Of a DNA stretch of 11,276 nt, positions 8,330 through 11,276 are shown piece after piece. Below the pieces are notes generated by a model. The model saw only the letters and a program-made list of their open reading frames with translations, searched no databases and was not told the DNA's origin. Made by a program: the position numbers and the translations under genes. Numbering within the stretch: position 1 is the first letter of the stretch; each line of letters begins with the position of its first letter. The stretch spans positions 4,364 through 15,639 of the forward strand of contig RQSC01000381.1 of NCBI GenBank assembly GCA_013416795.1, in the 5' to 3' direction. Origin of the DNA: Prasinococcaceae sp. CCMP 1430. Lineage: Eukaryota > Plantae > Prasinodermophyta.

Positions 8330-8585
8330 AGAACCCTATTCAAACCCTACTGTAAACCTTTCCAACCCTAAAACCACACGCTCATGCTTTCTGACGTGAC
8401 GAAATGCAGTGCTTTTTGACCCGAAGGAATGTCCGGAATTTATTTGAACCCTACGCAAAACACAAACCTCTCCAAACCTAAACCTCACCTTCTGACGTTT
8501 CCCCGTGACGCAACGCAATGCCTTTTGACACGAAACGGTTTAATGCAATTTGACGTACTGCAACGCGATGCTTTTTGATGCGGGC
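8330..8585. promoter_or_regulatory. Putative divergent promoter (TANGO2 / Myb-like gene) with telo-box-like motifs and three degenerate direct repeats
   Basis: AACCCTA at 8332, 8343 (full AAACCCTA 8342-8349), 8364 and 8447, plus AAACCTAAACCT at 8474-8485. Direct repeats at 8402-8420, 8511-8529 and 8561-8579. Confidence 0.65.
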
Positions 8586-8652
8586 GCGTGTGCGGTGCAG
8601 GCGGGTGTTGCAGGCGCCCGCACCGCCCCCTCCTGCAGCACCACCGACTCCG

Positions 8653-8698
<46 letters not shown>
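8653..8698 (+). repeat. C46 homopolymer (G46 on minus strand)
   Basis: Read directly from the sequence. Confidence 0.95.
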
Positions 8699-8699
<1 letters not shown>

Positions 8700-8871
8700 A
8701 TCGGTCGCTCGTGCTGCCCTCGCCTCGCCACATCGCATCCGCCGCGCGCGTGTCCACTCGGCGTGGCGTGGCGGCGGCGCGTGCGCTCGTCGACGGCAGC
8801 AGACGCGCGCGTGCGCGCGCGCTGTGCGTGCGCTCGCGCAGGCGAACACGCACGCGCACAGACGCGCGCGC

Positions 8872-11276
8872 ATGGACGACAAGGAGGTCGAGCGCGAGCA
8901 GCTGGAGGCCGCGCGGCGCGCGGCGGGCGCCGTCCTGGCGGCGATGGCGGCGGACGACACCCCCGGCATGCGGCGCCTCTTCGACGACGTCGGCGCCGCG
9001 GGCGCGGGCGCGGGCGCGGCTGTTGGCGCGGCGTCGCCGCCGCGGCGATTCCGAGAGGCGGGCAGGTGTGTGCACGCACGCACGCACGCTCGCTCGCTCG
9101 CTCGCGCGTGCCCGCATGCGCACGCATACGTACACGCGCGCGCGCACACAGACGCGTACGCGCACGGGCGCACGCGTGCCAACGCGTGCACGTGCGTACG
9201 CGCACGCAGACTTACACATACACACACACACGCACACGCCCACCCACATATGTCATGATATACTGCACCGCCCGCACTGGCAGCAGCGCACGGGCCTCGG
9301 CGCCCTCGCCGCTCGTGGAGCTCGAGGTGAGGGTGAAACAAGAGGCTGCGGATGAGGAAAACGACCAACTCGCCGGCGAGGGCGCTGTCGCAGGTGAGGG
9401 CGCTGCCGGAGGTGCGTGCGTGTGATGACGTATGCGCACGCGTGTGTGTGCGCGTGCGCGTGTGTTGCATGCCCGAGAGTGCGCCCTCGTGCAGCCGCTG
9501 ACCGCCATTCTCCCCGCGGCTCGGACGTCGGCGGTGGGGGCGCGGCAGCAGCAGCGGCGGCGCCCCCGTCCGCGCTAGCGCCCGCGAGCAAGCTCGCCGC
9601 GCTGCGGCCCAAGCTGCTCACCGACGCCGAGGAGCACGACATCCTCGCATATCTGGTGCGCAAGGGCGCCACCGCTGAGGGCATCCGCTCGGGAGTGTTC
9701 AAGGTGCGTGTGCGTGTGCGCACAGGCATGTGCGTACACGTGTGTGTGCGTGTGTGTGGGTGAGGGGCGTATTTCTGTTTGAACACGTGTGCACCAGTGC
9801 ATACCCGTGTGTGTGCGCGTGTGCATGTGTGTGCGGACGCGTGCCAGCCCATATCCGCTGACTGCCACCCTCCCGCCTCCCCAGACGTCTGCGGCCAGGG
9901 TATGGGCCGAGGCGGAGGAGAAGGGCCTCTTCGGCGGACGCACCGCCGGCTCGCTCGCGCAGCTGTTCGACCGACGCTTCAAGCGCAAGATCCTGAGCGG
10001 CGAGCTGGCGCTGCCAGGCAGGGGCGCCGCGAGCGCCGCCAAGGGGCCGTGGTCAGCCCTCGATGACGTGCGTCATGCGCGCGCGCGCGATTGGGCGTGT
10101 GTTTGTGTGTAGCGGTTGCACCTGCGTCACGCTGTGCGTGCTTGCGTTTGCTCGCTGACTCGTCGTGCTCCCTGTCGGTTCACGCGACCCGTTCCGCCAC
10201 CACATGTACGGAAACGCGCACACACGCACATGTGCGTGCATGCGCGTGAGTAGTTGCCCGCCGCGAGCCCCTCCAAGCGCTTCTGGACGCGCGACGACGC
10301 CATCGGCGTTCTGAAATACGTGGCCGAGGCGGGCGTGACGTCGGCGTCCATCCGCGCGGGCGCCTTCTCGAAGATCCGCACGGGCTTTTGGAAGGGGGCG
10401 CAGGTGCGAGCGGGCGCACACGCACACGCGTCCGCATACACACGCAAGCGCGTATCACACACACGCACACGCGCATGCGACGCCCGAACACGCGCACACG
10501 CATCTGACACGCACACGCACACGCGCGCGCGCGCGCGCAGGCGGCCGGCGTGTGCGCAGGTCGCAAGCCCGACATGATCACCAAATTCTTCCACGAGAGA
10601 CTCAAGCCGCTCATCATATCGGGGGCGCTCGAGCTGCCCGAGCCATCGGGATCGAAGGGCGGGGGCGCCGGGGGGCGCGAGGTGCGCGCGCGCTGCACTG
10701 CACACACGCACGTCTAGCGCACACACGCGCACACACACTCGTGTGACGAACACGAATACACACATGCGTCTGCGCGCATGCACACATTGCGCGCACTCGC
10801 GCGCACACACGCATCTGACGCGCACACGCATGTACATGTCGCGATACACACAAACAAACACACACGCTCACTTCTGCGCTGCAGCTCCTTGAGGCGCGCC
10901 TCAATGAGGGCGGCACGGCCGACACAGGCGACGCGGGCTGCGCCTCGCCGGGCGCGGCGGCGCAGGCGAGTGCGCGCTCCGACGGCGGCGGCGAGGGGCC
11001 GCCGCTGCGGAAGAGGGCCGCGGAGGAGCCCGCCGGTGGAGGGGGGGAGAAGGCGAGTGCGCCTGCACGTGCGCGTGTGTGTGCACGTGCTGTCTTGTGT
11101 GGATGCGCGCGTGCTCCCGCTGACGTCGCGACACTCGCACGCGCGCTCGCAACGCTCACACCATCCCCCTCCCCGTGCGCGCACACGCACGCACACGCGC
11201 GCATGCGAACGCGCCCGCGCGCGCGCAGCGGGCGTCCCACGCGCGCGTGCCCACCGGCGGCGGCGGCGACGTCGGC
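8872..11276 (+). CDS. Multi-exon, 3'-partial protein with two tandem 74-aa Myb-like repeats of Rap1 type; exons 8872-9065, 9284-9411, 9495(or 9549)-9703, 9885-10067, 10254-10403, 10541-10681, 10885-11052, 11229->11276
   Basis: All junctions are phase-compatible and give an open frame of about 407 codons (389 with the 9549 acceptor). Donors are GTGTGT, GTGCGT, GTGCGA or GTGCGC and acceptors are CAG or TAG; the last intron has a putative GC donor. Repeat 1 (LLTDAEEHDILAYL...VWAEAEEKGLFGGRTAGSLAQLFDRRF) and repeat 2 (FWTRDDAIGVLKYV...FWKGAQAAGVCAGRKPDMITKFFHERL) align without gaps. Also a VKQE SUMO-consensus motif and a PPLRKR NLS-like motif. Confidence 0.8.

Noticed and set aside
8332-8485. True telomere or chromosome-fusion scar
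   Set aside because: The motifs are dispersed and degenerate rather than a tandem array, all on one strand, and flanked by intact genes. A promoter telo-box cluster fits better.
8478-9470. Poly-Pro / poly-Gly ORFs spanning the C46 run and intron repeats
   Set aside because: They arise from the homopolymer and from RARA/HTHT intron repeats. The real coding signal starts at ATG 8872.
1-11276. Prokaryotic operon, mobile element, rRNA or tRNA
   Set aside because: Spliceosomal introns are present throughout. I recognised no transposase, terminal repeats or structural RNA signatures.

Overview
Very GC-rich, intron-containing eukaryotic DNA, most likely a green alga. This is inferred from a plant-type SMT2, a plant-type C-terminal J-like domain, telo-box motifs and GTGCGT...GCAG introns with CTGAC/CTAAT branch points. 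Six protein genes are supported: a 5'-partial PDZ-domain protein (+), a C-terminal J-domain protein (-), a Frizzled-type cysteine-rich-domain membrane protein interrupted by a 35-bp tandem duplication (+), sterol C24-methyltransferase SMT2 (-), a TANGO2/NRDE protein (-), and a 3'-partial multi-exon gene with two tandem Rap1-type Myb-like repeats (+). Three AT-richer intergenic islands look like promoters. The most interesting signal is the tandem Rap1-like Myb gene sitting behind a promoter with clustered telomere-like AACCCTA motifs. Several anomalies (35-bp duplication, C46 run, inverted AC/GT microsatellite, missing in-frame ATG) could be assembly errors and need read-level checks.
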